From the NCBI RefSeq assembly GCF_009914755.1, contig NC_060938.1: 64,000 nucleotides of DNA; one strand, given 5' to 3'. This document shows, piece by piece, positions 1-14,470 of the stretch. How positions within the stretch are numbered: the first letter of the stretch is position 1; the number at the start of each line of letters is the position of its first letter. The notes beneath the pieces were generated by a model that was not told the origin of the DNA, did no database searches, and saw only the letters and a list, made by a program, of their open reading frames with translations. Source of the DNA: the human T2T-CHM13v2.0 reference genome, Homo sapiens. A program made the translations under genes and the position numbers.

Positions 1-143
1 TCTGTAGAAACTCTGTCTAGTTATCACAGGAGCGAGGGTGTGGCCTGGATGCTGCCTAATCTTGCTTAGAACTGTCTGCACCTGCTGTTCTTTTGCTTAT
101 GCCTTAACCTTTGGTTACCCTAATTCCCTATTCTCCTGCCTCA
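1..143 (-). mobile_element. 5' end of an ERV1-type (MER4-group-like) LTR, cut by the window edge
   Basis: Reverse complement begins TGAGGCAGGAGAATAGGGAATTAGGGTAACC, a typical ERV1 LTR start. Confidence 0.6.
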
Positions 144-621
144 GAATGGGCACCAAACTAACAGAACAATTTCATCTTCTTTGCTTAAAATGAATAATAC
201 TGGCAATTTGCCAATATTTCCAGCATACTCATACTAGTAGAGTTAGCAGTTTCCACCATGATGGGATTTGAGGGGCAATGTCCACTGTGCCAAAACCCAG
301 CCTGTACCCTGAGGAGCTCACAGCCAGAGTCTTCTGGAGGAAGACCAGACTGGAGTGAAAAACTCTTCCTCCAGACGTGTGAAAAGCTTCACCAGGTTGC
401 TGACATTTGATCAGAGCCTTGGAGGACAAATAGAAGCTGTTCAGTGGAGAAAGAGGAAGGGGCATGAGAGGTGGAAAGAAAAGCAGGAACAACACCATCC
501 TGTGGTGGAGGAGACCAGGAGAAGCCCAGAACCCTGGAGAGAAGGCCAGAAAGATGAGCGGAGGTCAGGGTGTGAAAGGTCACCTACCTTGGGTAGAAAT
601 TTGAATTTTATCCTTTAAGCC

Positions 622-775
622 ATTGGTTCCCAAACTTCAGGATGCATAAAAGTTAAGAGAACTTGTTAAGAGTACAGGTCCCCAGGCTCTCCTCCCAGAG
701 CTTTCAATCAATAGGTGCACATTTGACAAGCAGGTGATTCTAATGCAAGTGGTCTGTCAACCACATTTGAGAAAA
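622..775. mobile_element. MER5-like hAT-Charlie MITE relic
   Basis: Degenerate termini CATTGGTTCCCAAACTT ... CCACATTTGAGAAA and internal CAGGTGATTCTAATGCA. Confidence 0.65.
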
Positions 776-3700
776 AAAAAATGTTTTAACCTGCTGAAAG
801 GAGAGCTGCTAGCAAGCTAAATGGTTTGCTGTCATTATGCCCATTGCACAGAGAATAATGTGCACACAGGAATCCAGGGTTCCATTTGGCCACATCTATA
901 GTGAACCCTGGGTATTACAATCCCATCTAAATAGACCCTGCCCTTACAGCAGGAGACAGGGGTCTGAAACAGTAGCACCATTCAAGACAACCACATGCAT
1001 AGCCCACACCCGGGAGGACCCACGGAAAGTGCCAGTCATGCTGCCTGGACTTAGTAGGTGCTAAATAAATGTGAAGGGAATCTCCTCTCTGGAAAGCAGA
1101 GGAAACCTAGCATCCTCATTTCAGCAATTCAGAAATCTCATGGATTGTAATTAATATCCAGCCGGCATTTTGGTCATCAAAGATTATCATTTCCTCTGGG
1201 GACAAGGTAGGGGAAAGAACAATCCCCTATAATGGGTTTTGCATCCTTGCTTCATAAAGGGAGTGGTGAAAGTTCCTTGGAGATTCGTATGATGGCAATA
1301 TCTTTCTAAGCTTCTAGCAAGAAGTTTCTGGCTGCTGCTGGCTAATGTGAAAAGGTGTTGCCAGATCTTTATACTTGGCTGTGATTACTCTGCCCACAAA
1401 TGTTAGTGAGAGTGTGAGCTGAGTACCTGGGAAGGATTGAATTTACTTTCCCGGATACGGGCACATCAGAAACATTCATTTAGTCCTTTCAGAGAGCTGG
1501 TGAGAAACTTTATGCCACACACCCCCCACTGAGCACAGGATCCACTTAAACTCTCAGAGGCACCAAACATCCTCTGAGCGAGCAGAGCTCTGAGGCCTGC
1601 TCCCATCAAAAAGGTTTCACTGATGGTTGGACTTTTCATCTTTGCAAAGGGAGGATTCAACTCACAAAAACCCCTAATGCAGCTCACTATCTTGCTTCGG
1701 GATCCATCATTTCCCAAGGTTTGATTCTCTCAGCCTCACCACTTGGAAGGAGTGTGTGATGTCCCTTGACCAGCTCTTGGGCCCTAACAGCATAAATATT
1801 TATCCAAGATCACTGATCATCAACTGGTTTCTACTGAAATGGATCAGGCGTCCTACAAGATATGTTGGAAAAGGGTAAATACCTTCCCTCTAAGACCCTG
1901 TTTAGTGTTTACTTCTCTAAAACATTCGATTATTGCCGCTGAGAAAAGGGACATGGGGAGGTCCTGATTTGTGGTGATTCAATGCAGAGTAATTATTGAA
2001 AGTGTTTGCATTTGTCTGAATAATACTAACTTTAAGACTATGTCATTTAAAGCAAATTGTGGGATATTATTTTTCTGGCAGCAATAATCAGGCATTTTTC
2101 ATAAAATGGCTTCCTTGCAAGAAAATCGCCAAATAATGGCAGAAAAACACTCGGTTCTAAATACAATGAAGCACGAGGAGGCAAAGTGAAGATTAAAACG
2201 GCTCTCACGCTGCGGATACAAACTGGAGTCGCTGAAAGGATGTCTTGCTGTTCCCGGGCATGCCGGGAGCCACTGCTGAGGCTCTAATGGGCCCCACACA
2301 GGTCTGTAGAGTGGCTGCCTCACAGGGCGTCTGTTATATCTTGACCTAGGGGCATGCCAGATGAAGAAAACATGGGCTCAGCACTCAGGAGACAAAAGCT
2401 TCTCTGCACCAGAGGACATGTGCAGGCTTCCACCCAGGTCTTGGACTGGTTCCCACAGCCTGTCTGTTTACCCCTTTGCTCCAAGAGTCTCGCAAAACCC
2501 ATCTCATGAAAACCACACGAGACCTCCACATAGGCCCATGGTGAGGCTCAGGGAACTCCCGAGCCCCAAAGCTAATAATTTTCCTATTGTCATCTTGCCT
2601 CCCCAGCAATGCAAGGGGGAGGGGCACAGCCCCCTAAGAACAGTGTCACATTTTTAGAATCTGTTCTTGTTATATTTCTCCATGCAACTCTAGTTCCAGT
2701 AAAAACTTCCTCTGGTTTTTGGGAACAATATCTGAGTTTTATATTTTCAAATAAGAGCTACAGATTTAAAATTCTTGATTCATTCTATATACTGCTTTTA
2801 GATTTGTCTCCAATTCAAACAAGCGTACACTGAGTGTCTTACTGAATCTGTTCCTTCCCAATACTACCCAAGGCCATCTGTGAGACAGCCCTATCCTGAC
2901 TAGGTCCAACGACACCCTCTCCTAGTCCACAGGAGCCGCCCTTGTTTGGGAGGTTGTGCCCCATCAGCTCTGCACGCCAGCCCTCCAGCAGCTTCGGAAC
3001 TGCTGCATTCCTCTGTAGTTCCTACTGTTCTTCCTGCCACAGGTCATTTTCATTCCCACACCTTCACAGAAACCTCTGCCTAGAATGGGCCCCTCCTAAT
3101 CTCTCCCAATGTATTTCTACAGTTCCTTCCAAGTGTTCCTCAAGATTTAACCTACACTCACTAAATCTCTGCTGAGGGATGCTACTCCACAATGTTATGT
3201 CTCCTCCAGCGTTTGCCCCACTTAAAAATACAATGTTTCTCTTTGATTTCACGTGTATATCATTTCCTCCACCTGGGATTTGAGGTTTGTGGAAACCATG
3301 TCCTGTACTTTCTTATGTGGCTTCGTCTCACATTCACCTCATGGCTACTATGTGCCACTCGTGCTGTCTCTCAAAGGATTGAAAATGGTACTTGCCAAAG
3401 AATATGCTTTGAATCAATGAATTAACATTTGTTGGCTTAGTAAATACACTCAGAATCCAATAGGTTCATTTGGGTTCCACAATTCCTCTTTATTTTTGTG
3501 AAGAGGAAAAGTCTAATAAATGCATGCACCTTGCTCTGTGTATATTTTAACATGCAGCATGCTATCTCTGCATGAGCAGGGATGGCACCATTTTAAGCAC
3601 TGAGCCTGATGCTCCCCACCATGGTGGGGGGAATAGTCCAACGCCAAGTGGGGAAGACTCTCAGCCTCTCTCCCAGGAATTGTGCATTGGGCCTGGGATG

Positions 3701-4134
3701 TGGAGCCAGCTTGAGAACCTGGCATGAAAGAAGCATAGTCACACCCACTCAGCCACTGCAGGCCCTGTTCCCCTAAGATGCCCTAGGACCTCTATAGCTG
3801 AAAGCAGACAGGGAAGGCCCAGTTTCCTTGGTGAACCGGATAGGGAAAGGCTCTCCTCCAGCTCCCCACCCCCAAGCTTGTGCTTTGCACACATCGGTCC
3901 TCACACCCAAACATCGACACACACCAACAGTCAGTCCACTTCAGGGACAGCAATTCCCAAGAGTGGCCACATCAGAGCAACTCCAGGACAGCACCATCCC
4001 TCAGGACAACGCTGGGAGGCCAGTCAGGTGGCAGACATTTGTCCCTGAGATGCTGTCTCCCCACCTGATCCAGACCATTCTGGGAGTGGCAGGGAACAAG
4101 AAACAGACCAAATGGAATTTAAAATTCTGGTGCC

Positions 4135-4315
4135 AATAGCCATGTGACCTGGAGCAACTTCAATTTCTCCATCTCAATTTCCTCATCTATAAAATGGGAA
4201 TCAGAATAATACCTACCTCACGCAAGGTAGAGAACTGAACGGGCCAAACAAGTAACATACTTAACACAGTGCTTGTCATTTTATAATGCATTGTGGTTCT
4301 TATCATTAACTATTT
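4135..4315 (+). mobile_element. MIR SINE
   Basis: Core TGTGACCTGGAGCAA...TTTCCTCATCTATAAAATGGG...AATAATACCTACCTCA. Confidence 0.8.
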
Positions 4316-4752
4316 TCATTAAAATTCAAGATTGAACTTTTTCTCCCTTCTCCTAAATGGCCATACAAGCGTGTTTGCAAGAATCTGTGTTCTCTTCCCT
4401 TCCTCCTCACCCATCTTCACATTTCAATTTGCTTTTTTGTTTCCCCCTTTACTCCACTCCTATCCCTACCTACAACCAGGAAAGCACAGGGGCTCCTTCT
4501 GAAATTACACTTGAAACAAAAGGAAGTGAGGGTCCATGTTAAGCCTGACACCTCAGTCACATACACCATAGTGCTGTTCCATCCCCCATTCCCTTTTCAG
4601 GGTCAAAACCTCACTTATCCACATTCCATTATTGTCATCTCTGCACTAGAAATTCTTTAACTTTTCAGAATGTTTTAGACATTTTTCTTGTGTACCAATC
4701 AGGAAACCGTAATTTAAAAGATATTCTCATCCAGCTTGTTGCAGGATAATAA

Positions 4753-5174
<422 letters not shown>

Positions 5175-5561
5175 CCGGGTGAAATTTTCTGTGTTCAGTT
5201 AAGTCATTTGGGTTTTGTCTTTTAAGAAACAAAATACAATATAGAACACTAGTTTGCATTTTCCTGGAATTTTGCATGCCTGTGGATCTTGTTTTATTCC
5301 CCATTTACTGAATCTATGGTTATTAATATTTTAGTCTCTCAGTAAGTTTCTGTTGTACTAATGGAAAGCATTTGGCCCTCTAGGAGCCAAATGCTACATT
5401 GAATAGATCTGTTAACATGCCCTTCAGTAAATTAGCAAAGAGTGTAGCTTCATCTTTTATTTATTAAATAATGAGACTACTTTCATAAATAGCACTTTTT
5501 ATTTTATTTTAAATGTACTTGAAAAGATTTTATAAGGGTTGAATAACCTCTCCCACCCTAC

Positions 5562-6052
5562 TATGGTAAGCAAAATAATGGCCCCAAAGATGTCCACATT
5601 CTATTTCTTAAAACCTGTACATATGTTACCTTACATGGCAAAAAAAAAAAATTAGTAAGGTCAAGGACCTTGAGATGTGGAGGGCTCAGTCTAATCACAC
5701 AAGTCCTTAAAAGTGGAGAACTTTCCCAGCTATGGTAAGAGAAAGAGAGAGAGGCAATGACAGAAGAGAGGTCACAGAGATGCAAAGTGAGGACTTGACC
5801 TGCCATTGTTGGCTTTAAAGATGGAGAAAGGGACAGGAACTAAAGAATACAGTTAGACTTTAGAAGCTGAAAAAAAGCAAGGAAACAGATTCTGCCCTAG
5901 AACCCCCAAAAAGGAATGCAGCCCGTACTGTTCCTTGATCTTACTCCAGTGAAATCCATGTTGAACTTCCAAACTACTTAAAGATAAAAAATTTACATTG
6001 TTTAGTCTAAGTTTGTAATCATTTGTTGCCACAGTAATAGAAAATGAATACA
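5562..6052 (+). mobile_element. MLT1 (MLT1D-like) MaLR solo LTR
   Basis: AATAATGGCCCCAAAGATGTCCAC...TGTTACCTTACATGGCAAA start; end GTAATAGAAAATGAATACA. Confidence 0.85.
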
Positions 6053-6369
6053 TCGACTCAGAACTAACCCTTTGACTTCAAAGCGAATCAGAATGCAAGG
6101 TTCTCTGAGCAAGCAAGAGGGTAGCCATTGAGCATGGACTGGGTTGTAATTGCAGCTCTTTTTGCATATACTGTTCACTTGCTCGTATTCAGTAGCACAA
6201 ATGTATAAGTAAATGAATGTCTAGTAGTTAGAAATTCCTAAGAAACACACAATAAGGGTTGGGAGTTATAAAAAGACAATATATTGGTTTATGGATTATA
6301 TATGAATTATATGATCATTAAGAAATATTAAGCCACTACCAATCAATCCCCATAAAAAGAGAGTCTCTA

Positions 6370-6677
<308 letters not shown>

Positions 6678-8320
6678 CTATTCCTTTATTTGGAGACATT
6701 GTAACCATTACTAGGAAGGCAATAGATGGGCTAATACTGTTTTGCTAGGGGCATCAAATTACTACACAATTTGATGGCCTAGTGTGGTAGAATAGTATTG
6801 CTTCTCTTAATGAAGGGAGTAAGCTCCTAAGCACAATTCTTTGTCAGAAATCTGGCTGAAGTAGGAGGCAGAGGATTCCCCAATTAGAAAAGAAAAGCCT
6901 TGACATATAAATGCCTAGTTGAAATGGCACCACAATGAAAAGATAGTGACCAAACATATGTGATTGATTGGTATTAGATCTGCCCCAGCTTTGGATGGAG
7001 GAAAGGAAGGTGCTGACGTGGAACAGGAAAAATTAAGAGGCTGAAAAGACTAAAGTCCAACCTCACAGAGATAGTCAACATAGGTTAGATAAAAGCGCCT
7101 GGAGGCTGGGTTTATTCATTTCTTCAAAATGGTACAAACTCAAGCCCAGCCTTACACAATTTATGTAAGCTTGAGGTTTATTCTTTTAAACACTGTTGTG
7201 TGATAGATCTTCCTTTCTAGAAAATTCCTTAATCAAATTATTAGCATATATTGTAAATTTCTAAAATTGTGTGCTTGCTTGATAAAGGAGTAAACAGAAG
7301 CAGCTACAGAGTTTAGATTCAGTGAAGTTTCTACATAATTGACTATATGATGTGAAAATTTCTGGTTGCATTTGTTCTCAAAAACCAATTGAATTCACAG
7401 AATTGCAAGTAGTAGTTCCCCCTGAGGTTTCATGATATAGATTAAAATGTTACAAATTTGAGGAGAATTCAATTTTTTCCGTTATAAACTGTGCAACCGT
7501 CACATTTTACTTTTTCATGTTTGGCAAATTGACAGATGACAGAGCCCATGATGATAATAGTGATAGATCTCTCTAATTGCCATTCGAAGTAAATTAATGC
7601 ATTCCCGCAACAAGTACAGCCAAGCATTCTCATTAAACTTGGGCAAAATAGAAAGGTGCCTTCTGGGGAGTTTTGACTAAATATAATCAGAACATGCACC
7701 AGACAAATCAGACTCTATGCGCATCTGGAGAATTCAACATCAGTACTATTTGATTGCTTGCTTACTCCATTTATCTAGGATAAAATGGTAGTTTGGCAGT
7801 GCCTGTATTGTCTCAGGAAGCTGAATTTTTATTGACACACAAACGTCAGAAGAAACTTCTACTCAGTCCATCTGACTTCTCTTAAACCAAATTGAAATAA
7901 ATTTCTCTGATCATAGCTAGTGTAAGACTCAGACACTCATCAAACATTTCAAGTTCCAAACTTTCTGTTTTACTATTCCTAAAGCCAATAAAATGTCCCC
8001 AAAACTATAGTATTTCTATATCTAAAAATACCTAGTGCACAACTTCACACACTCAAAGCCACGCAAAAGTCTTGCTACAGGTGCTCATCTTTAAAAATTA
8101 GGAAGATGCACCACCATATTCTACATTAATTTGTCTCCTTCAATATGTAAAGCCCCTTTAAGGCAAATTTTTAAATCAAAGATGAACCATACAATATTCA
8201 GATTCACTAAAAATTAAAACAATAGATACAAATGGAAAACATTCGCTACTTCTGTGCTAGAAAATACTACTTCCAAATTATACAAAATCTGTTCTTGAAG
8301 ATTATGTTAAAGAAAACCAT

Positions 8321-8713
8321 TGTTATGGTTTGCATGTGTCCCCTCCAAAATGTCTGTATTAGAAACTTACTCCTCAGTGCAACAGTGGTAAGAGGTGGGG
8401 TCTTTTGGAAGGTGTTTATGTCATGAAGGTTCTGCCCTCATGAAAGGATTATTGCCATTATTAAAAGGGCTTGTAGGAGTAGATCCACTCACTTCTGCTC
8501 TTCTGTGATATGAGGGCACAGTGTTCGCCCCTCCCTTGCCCTTCTGCCTTCCACTATGGGAAGATGCAGTAAGAAGGCCAACACCAACACCAGATGCTGG
8601 CACCATGATCTGGATTTCCCAGCCTCCAGAACTGTGAAAGAATAAATTTTTGTTCTTTATAAATTACTCAGTCTCAGGTATTCTGTTATAGCATCACGAA
8701 ACAGACTAAGACA
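8321..8713 (+). mobile_element. MST (MSTB/C/D-like) MaLR solo LTR
   Basis: TG...CA termini (TGTTATGGTTTG ... AGACTAAGACA); AATAAA at 8641; 5-bp TSD ACCAT on both sides. Confidence 0.9.
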
Positions 8714-9208
8714 ACCATTTTTTCCCACATTGTCATTGAAACTTGAATATGGGATGCTTCCCATCGTAAGCAGAGGTAGCCATAAGTGAAATGGAATATT
8801 AAGGTCTTCTGACTTTTGCTGGGCTCCCTCTCCATCCCCCCCTCTCTATGTGAAGACCATATGTATCCAACAGACCATGGAATCAGAGGAACCAAAATAA
8901 TAATAATAGTCCTAGTATAGTTCAGTACCAAAGATATTTGCAACATGATTTGCAAACATCTGGTTTGAAGATAGAGAAAGGGACATGAGCTAAGGAACAA
9001 AAGAAAAAAAATGAGAATGCAAAGGAAAGATGAAAAATATATACGAGATTTTAAAGATATGAGAATTTAAATTCAGGAGTAATTCCAGCTTCCTTGGTGT
9101 TCCTGGCTTGGCTGTGGTACTAAGAGTCATGGGAAATGGCAGACTTTTGTGCTTAACTTCAAAATCAAGACTCAAAATGCTGAAACCAGTCTAAGGTAGG
9201 TGGGACTG

Positions 9209-9561
9209 TGGTATGGTTTGGCTCCGTGTCCCCACTCAAATCTCATCTAGAATTGTAATACCCACATGTCAAGGGAGGGACCTGGTGGGAGGTGATTGGA
9301 TCGTGGGGCTGGCGGGTTCCCCCATGCTGTTCTCATGATAATGAGTTCTCACAAGATCTGATGGTTTTTAAAGTGTGGCACTTCCCACCCACCGCCTCTC
9401 CTGCCACCTTGTGAAGAAAGTGCTTGCTTCCCCTTCACCATAATTGTGTTTCCTGAGGCCTCCCCAGCCATGTGGACCTGTGAGTCAAATAAACCTCTTT
9501 TCTTTATAAATTACCCAGTCTCAGGTAGTTCTTCATAGCAGTGTGAAAACAGACTAATACA
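9209..9561 (+). mobile_element. THE1D/MSTA-like MaLR solo LTR
   Basis: TGGTATGGTTTGGCTCCGTGTCCCCACTCAAATCTCATC ... GTGTGAAAACAGACTAATACA; 5-bp TSD GACTG on both sides. Confidence 0.92.
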
Positions 9562-9574
9562 GACTGGTATACTG

Positions 9575-9715
9575 TACTACTTAAAAGCCTAGGTCCTAAA
9601 CCCCACATCTGCCACTTAGTAGCTATTAATCTCTTACTTCTCAGTTTCCTCATCAATAAAATGGAGATAGTAATGGTCAATTTTATAGAATTGTTATGCA
9701 AATAAATGCATTTCA
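9575..9715 (+). mobile_element. MIR fragment
   Basis: CTCAGTTTCCTCATCAATAAAATGGAGATAGTAAT core. Confidence 0.7.
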
Positions 9716-12149
9716 CAAGTCTTCTGATTTTTCTCTGAGAGTTAAAGTGGAGTTTATGTAAAACATGATTTATGTGGAGAAAGAAAGGAGTAATAGAGTT
9801 AAAAGAAAAACCTCAGTATCATCACAAAGGTAGGATGAAGGATCTCCAGCAGGATGAGGGAAGACAAAATAGGATGCTTCTAGTGGGACTCTTTGTGGAG
9901 GACCAAAGAAAGTTGAATGTAAGCAGAAGAGTCATGTGTGATTGTTAGGAAGACCTAGAGTCATCTCTACTCTTTGAACCAAATATCGATTAGCCTGAAA
10001 AAAATAAATAAAAAATAAATCAATAAATAAAACAGAAAACTTAAAAGGGGGTTGCAAACATGTGGCTTGCTCATGCTCTATGTTTGAGAGATTAACAAGA
10101 GAGGTAAAAAGTCAATAAACTTAATTGATAAAGCTTCATCCTACATGTCCCAGGGAATCCTTAAGCTGTTATTGACATGAGGAGGTGCTAAGGTCTGTTA
10201 CAGAATTCCACGGATTAGTACATGTGAGGAGGGCCACCAGGACCATGAGGCTATCAGTGGGTAGATGTGACTGGGATATTTATAGAAGTGGGTAACTGAC
10301 AACATTCAGGCCACACCTACCCAGAACCTGGGCCTACATCTGGAGACTGCATACTGGATACTGACTGCATAAAGCCCACCATGTGTCAAGCAATGTAGCC
10401 ACTCTTCATCACAGGATGAGCTCAAGGAGATACAAGCCCAACAACAGGACACGGTGCCTCCATAATGGCAGGAAGCTGAAGGCAGAGAAGACACTGGTTC
10501 TCAACCCACCCTAACCCATCAGGTAACTTGAGTAAGTCACTTCAACTTTCTGGGCTTTAGGTTTCTTATTTGTATATTGAGATCATGGAACTGATAATCA
10601 CTAAGATCCTTTCCATCATTTTCCATTTATAAATCATAGTTTTGAGGTTTGAAGCTTTGGTCACTATCTCCTGCTAAGCCAAAGTTCAGCACTACATCCA
10701 ATACCACAGAAAATGCAGGAAAATTTTGGTTCTGTACCCAAAAATAGTCCTGAGTTGACCAGGGGGCCCCTTGATGCTAGGGGATTGAGTGGGGAGAAGG
10801 AAGACCTTTCCTCTAGCTTAGGGCAGGCTAGAGAGACCATCTGGCAGCAGAATAAAGGATGTGGTTCTATTTATTCCTTGTACTTCTTCCCCCTGTAGTC
10901 CAAAGCTGCTTGAGGTAGTTACTGACAGAGGAAGAAATTGCTAGAAGCCAAAGCTATTCCAATTAAAACTATTAAAAAATCTGATTGTGAGAATGTTTGT
11001 TAAAAGAAAAAAAAAATTCTGCCGTAAGCCTGAACTACAGATTGCCTGCAAAGTGCCCATATGGTATAGCTATATAAATTTTATTACCTAGTAAAATTTG
11101 TGTCTTAAAACTCTTGGCAAGAGACTTCATTTAACTAACCCAGACTTTTTTTTCCCTTGGCCCAGATACAGAAGAATCGGTGCCACTGAATAACATATTA
11201 GGCACTTGCTTTTTGCAGTAGATACACTGTTCTTCTAATGTTTTGTCATATAACTTAACTGCCACCTGAACAAGAAATAACTGTTCAAACTTTTTTTACA
11301 CATCTTAGCTGAAAATTCAAACTAAATTCGACATCAGCCAATTCTTAAAGGGTCCTTTCTTCCTTTGTATCTTTGATTCTCTACCCTCTTTGATATATAT
11401 GTTTATACAATCAGCACAGGAATCATTATTTAAAGTGTGCATTTTTTTCTGAAATATGTTGCCTTGTGTTCAAGTGAAATGCAGAACAGTTTTTCATCAT
11501 CTCACTGGTTTTGGAATTTGGATTTTGAATGTCAAATCTTATATTTCTTTTCATTTTTTTTGAACTGTTAAGAAACTGTGTGTGTTCTTTTAAGTTTACA
11601 GTCTGCTCTGAAATTACAATGTAAATAGCTTTAACACAGTCTAAAGTACTTCTAATGGGAATGAATTATTATGGAAACTATCAAGAAAGGCACTGAGCAT
11701 TATTTGGAAGGCGGCTTTGTTTCTATCTTGGTTTATCCTTTGCCAGTGGCTCCATTAGGGTATCACTCAGTCAGTCTCCCTGCTGGATAGTAAGCTACAT
11801 CCATCCCTGTACTACTAGCCAAAAGGAGTAGAAAGCTCTAGGCAGAAGCTGTGGCCCCTTGAGAAAAGAGAAGCTTTCTGTTAAATAGTTTCTAATTCCA
11901 CCCATATTGGAAATACCAGGTGGGACCATTTCACCATCTTTTCACAAAAAGTATGTCATGCCTCTTTCCTTGCCACTACTATAAGGGCTTCATTGAACTT
12001 CAAACCTCTTCTAAATCAACAAGATATCTCACACAACATGCAATGAAGTGAGGTGCTACTTAATCCTTCAGCCTTCCAGAAGCACATTCTGTAGCTCTTG
12101 ATTATTTAAAAAATGCAAAAGCAAAACTAATATAATAGTAACAAACCCT

Positions 12150-12555
12150 TATAGTTATGATGTGCTTATTACATGCCAGACACCATACTAACGCTTTACA
12201 TCCATTAGCTCATTTAATACTCACACACACACAAACTCTAGGGGGCAGTGTTGTCCCTACTGTAAAGACGAAGAAACCATCTTAAAGAAGTTAACTGTAC
12301 TATATATGGGTTTCTGCTAAATGAGTAGATTTCAGCTTCTCTTGCCACAAGAATTTAAAAATGGGTAACTATGTGTAATGATGTACATATTAACTTGTTT
12401 CACTAAGTAATCTTTTTACTATTTATCTATATCCTATAATATCATGTTATAACCTCTTAAATATACACAATAAATTTTATTTTTTAAAAAAGGTATAAAT
12501 TTCCCAAGATCATATAGGGAAACCAGGTGGAACCAAGCACTAAGTCCAGTCTGCT
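12150..12555 (-). mobile_element. MIR interrupted by an L1 3' fragment
   Basis: ATGCCAGACACCATACTAACGCTTTACA...CTCATTTAAT; resumes TTTCCCAAGATCATATAG after 12491. Confidence 0.65.
12296..12491 (+). mobile_element. L1MA-type 3' UTR fragment
   Basis: GCTAAATGAGTAGATTT...GGTAACTATGTGTAATGATG...TATACACAATAAATTTTATTTTTTAAAAAA. Confidence 0.75.
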
Positions 12556-12739
12556 CCTGAGATGGCTTCTTAGCCAGGTCCTTTATGCTGACAATAGTTA
12601 GAGACACATCTTAGAAAGCCAATAGGTGACTTGGAATTAGTGTAATGGGAAAAAATGAACTATTACTTAAATCGATTTTTGAAGAATTTCTCTCAAGGAG
12701 AAAGCTGTCTTCATCTTAAGTACACCTTAATAATAAGAA

Positions 12740-12995
12740 TGGTTAATATTCAGTGGGTGCCTACTGTGTGCCAGGCAATTTCCTAAGTATTTTACCTATA
12801 TTAACCCACTTGATACTCAGTACAATTACCATTTTTGCATCACTACAATGGCCATCTTACAAATGAGGAACTTGAGGCAGGTAGAAGTTAAGTAACATGG
12901 AAAAGCCACGCAGCCAGGGAGGGTGGAGACTCCATGTAGAACCATGTCGTATGGCTCGAGTGCATATCCTCTTAACACGACTCTATGCTGCCTTT
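12740..12995 (-). mobile_element. MIR SINE
   Basis: GTGCCTACTGTGTGCCAGGCA...TTACAAATGAGGAACTTGAGGCA...GAAGTTAAGTAAC. Confidence 0.8.
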
Positions 12996-13248
12996 GTGAT
13001 TACAAACATGTTTGATTATGACAAAAATCATAGGGACAGAGCCTGGATGAGTAAATAGCCAGATAATAAAACAGCTAAGGTGGGTCTGCACAACAAATTA
13101 CTGGGAATTTCAGGATTTAGGAGCAGAAAAGACAAAGGGAGTTCCAGAATCATCACAGGAACCTGTCACCCAAATTCAAAAGATGAACAAGAAAAATCTT
13201 ATCGGTAAGAATAGACACAGGACCATTGAAAAAAGGGATGTGTCATAG

Positions 13249-13562
13249 GTTTTTTTAATTTTTAATTTGTGTGGGCACATAGCAGGTGTGTATATATTTA
13301 TGGGGCATATGGGATCTTTGATACAGGCATATAGTGTGTAATAATCACATCAGGATAAATGGGGCATCCATCGCCTCAAGCATTTATCCTTTGTGTTACA
13401 AACAACCCAATTCTACTCTTTTAGTTATTTTAAAATGTATAATTAAATTATTATTGACTATAGTCACTCTGTTGCGGTATCAAATACTAGTTGTTATTCA
13501 TTCTTTCTAACTACTTTTTGTACCCATTAACCATCCCCACTTCTCCCCCACCTCACTCCACT
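13249..13562 (-). mobile_element. L1MA-type 3' end (5'-truncated)
   Basis: T-rich tail then L1MA 3'UTR (GATACAGGCATATAGTGTGTAATAATCACATCAGG); TSD TGTCATAG at 13241-13248 and 13563-13570. Confidence 0.88.
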
Positions 13563-13940
13563 TGTCATAGTTTATTTTAAGCTGCTTATTGTGCTGCACT
13601 GCTAAGTAACCACTCCATGACACACAGAGCCTTGAGATGGGACACTTTGGGTAATAAAGGAATTGGGATGGTGTCCAGCAAAGAGCTGCAGCATAGAAAA
13701 GGGCCAGCAGGAACAGGAAGTAAAAGATCAGCAGAGATGCTGGGAAGTAATGGAAACATTCTTCAATAATCTCCAAAGAGTAGATCACCCACTGTAAATG
13801 GGATGTGGAAGTTCAAGCCAGATTCTCTCAGTCTTAATGGACAATCTCGTTGCAACAAGCTGGAGGACTTGGGGAAAGACACCCAGCCCGTTGAAATCTA
13901 GGTTGGGCTAGAATTCAAAGTTTCTGATTTCTAAAATTAA

Positions 13941-14470
13941 ACACTCATTCAATAAGTATTTATTGAGTGCCAACAGAATGCTGGGCCTTGTTCAAGATAC
14001 TAGGGATACAGGAGTAAGCACAACGGACTTGGTTCCTGCCCTTTGGAGTTTATAATCCAGTGGGGAAGGCTGACAATTAAGCAGTAAAACACCCTAAAGT
14101 GTGGTCAATGGCTTGATAAGGGGAGCCCAGTATGCTAGGGGAGCAGGTGGCAAAGGACCCCTAAACTACTTGCCAGAAGAGGTGGTGCTTAAATTGAATT
14201 GCAAAGCAGAGCACTGAGGAGGGATGTTTATGCAGACAGAAAGAAAAGAAAGCACTGAAGAAAGTCCGGAGAGAGCCCTGCAAGTTTGGGAATGGAGAAG
14301 AGTTCACATCTGAAACTTCATACTGGAACAGTAAAGATAAAGGGAATGGTGTCAAGATGCAGGTGTAGAGGGCAGGGGTGTCACAGAGGGCCTTGGAAAC
14401 CACACTGAGGGGTTTGGGACAAAAGGAAGATCAAGTTTCAAACAGGGTAGTGATATGATCAAATGAGAAC
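13941..14470 (-). mobile_element. L2 3' end
   Basis: CACTCATTCAATAAGTATTTATTGAGTGCC...CTAGGGATACA...GTTCCTGCCCT, the L2 3' signature in reverse. Confidence 0.8.
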
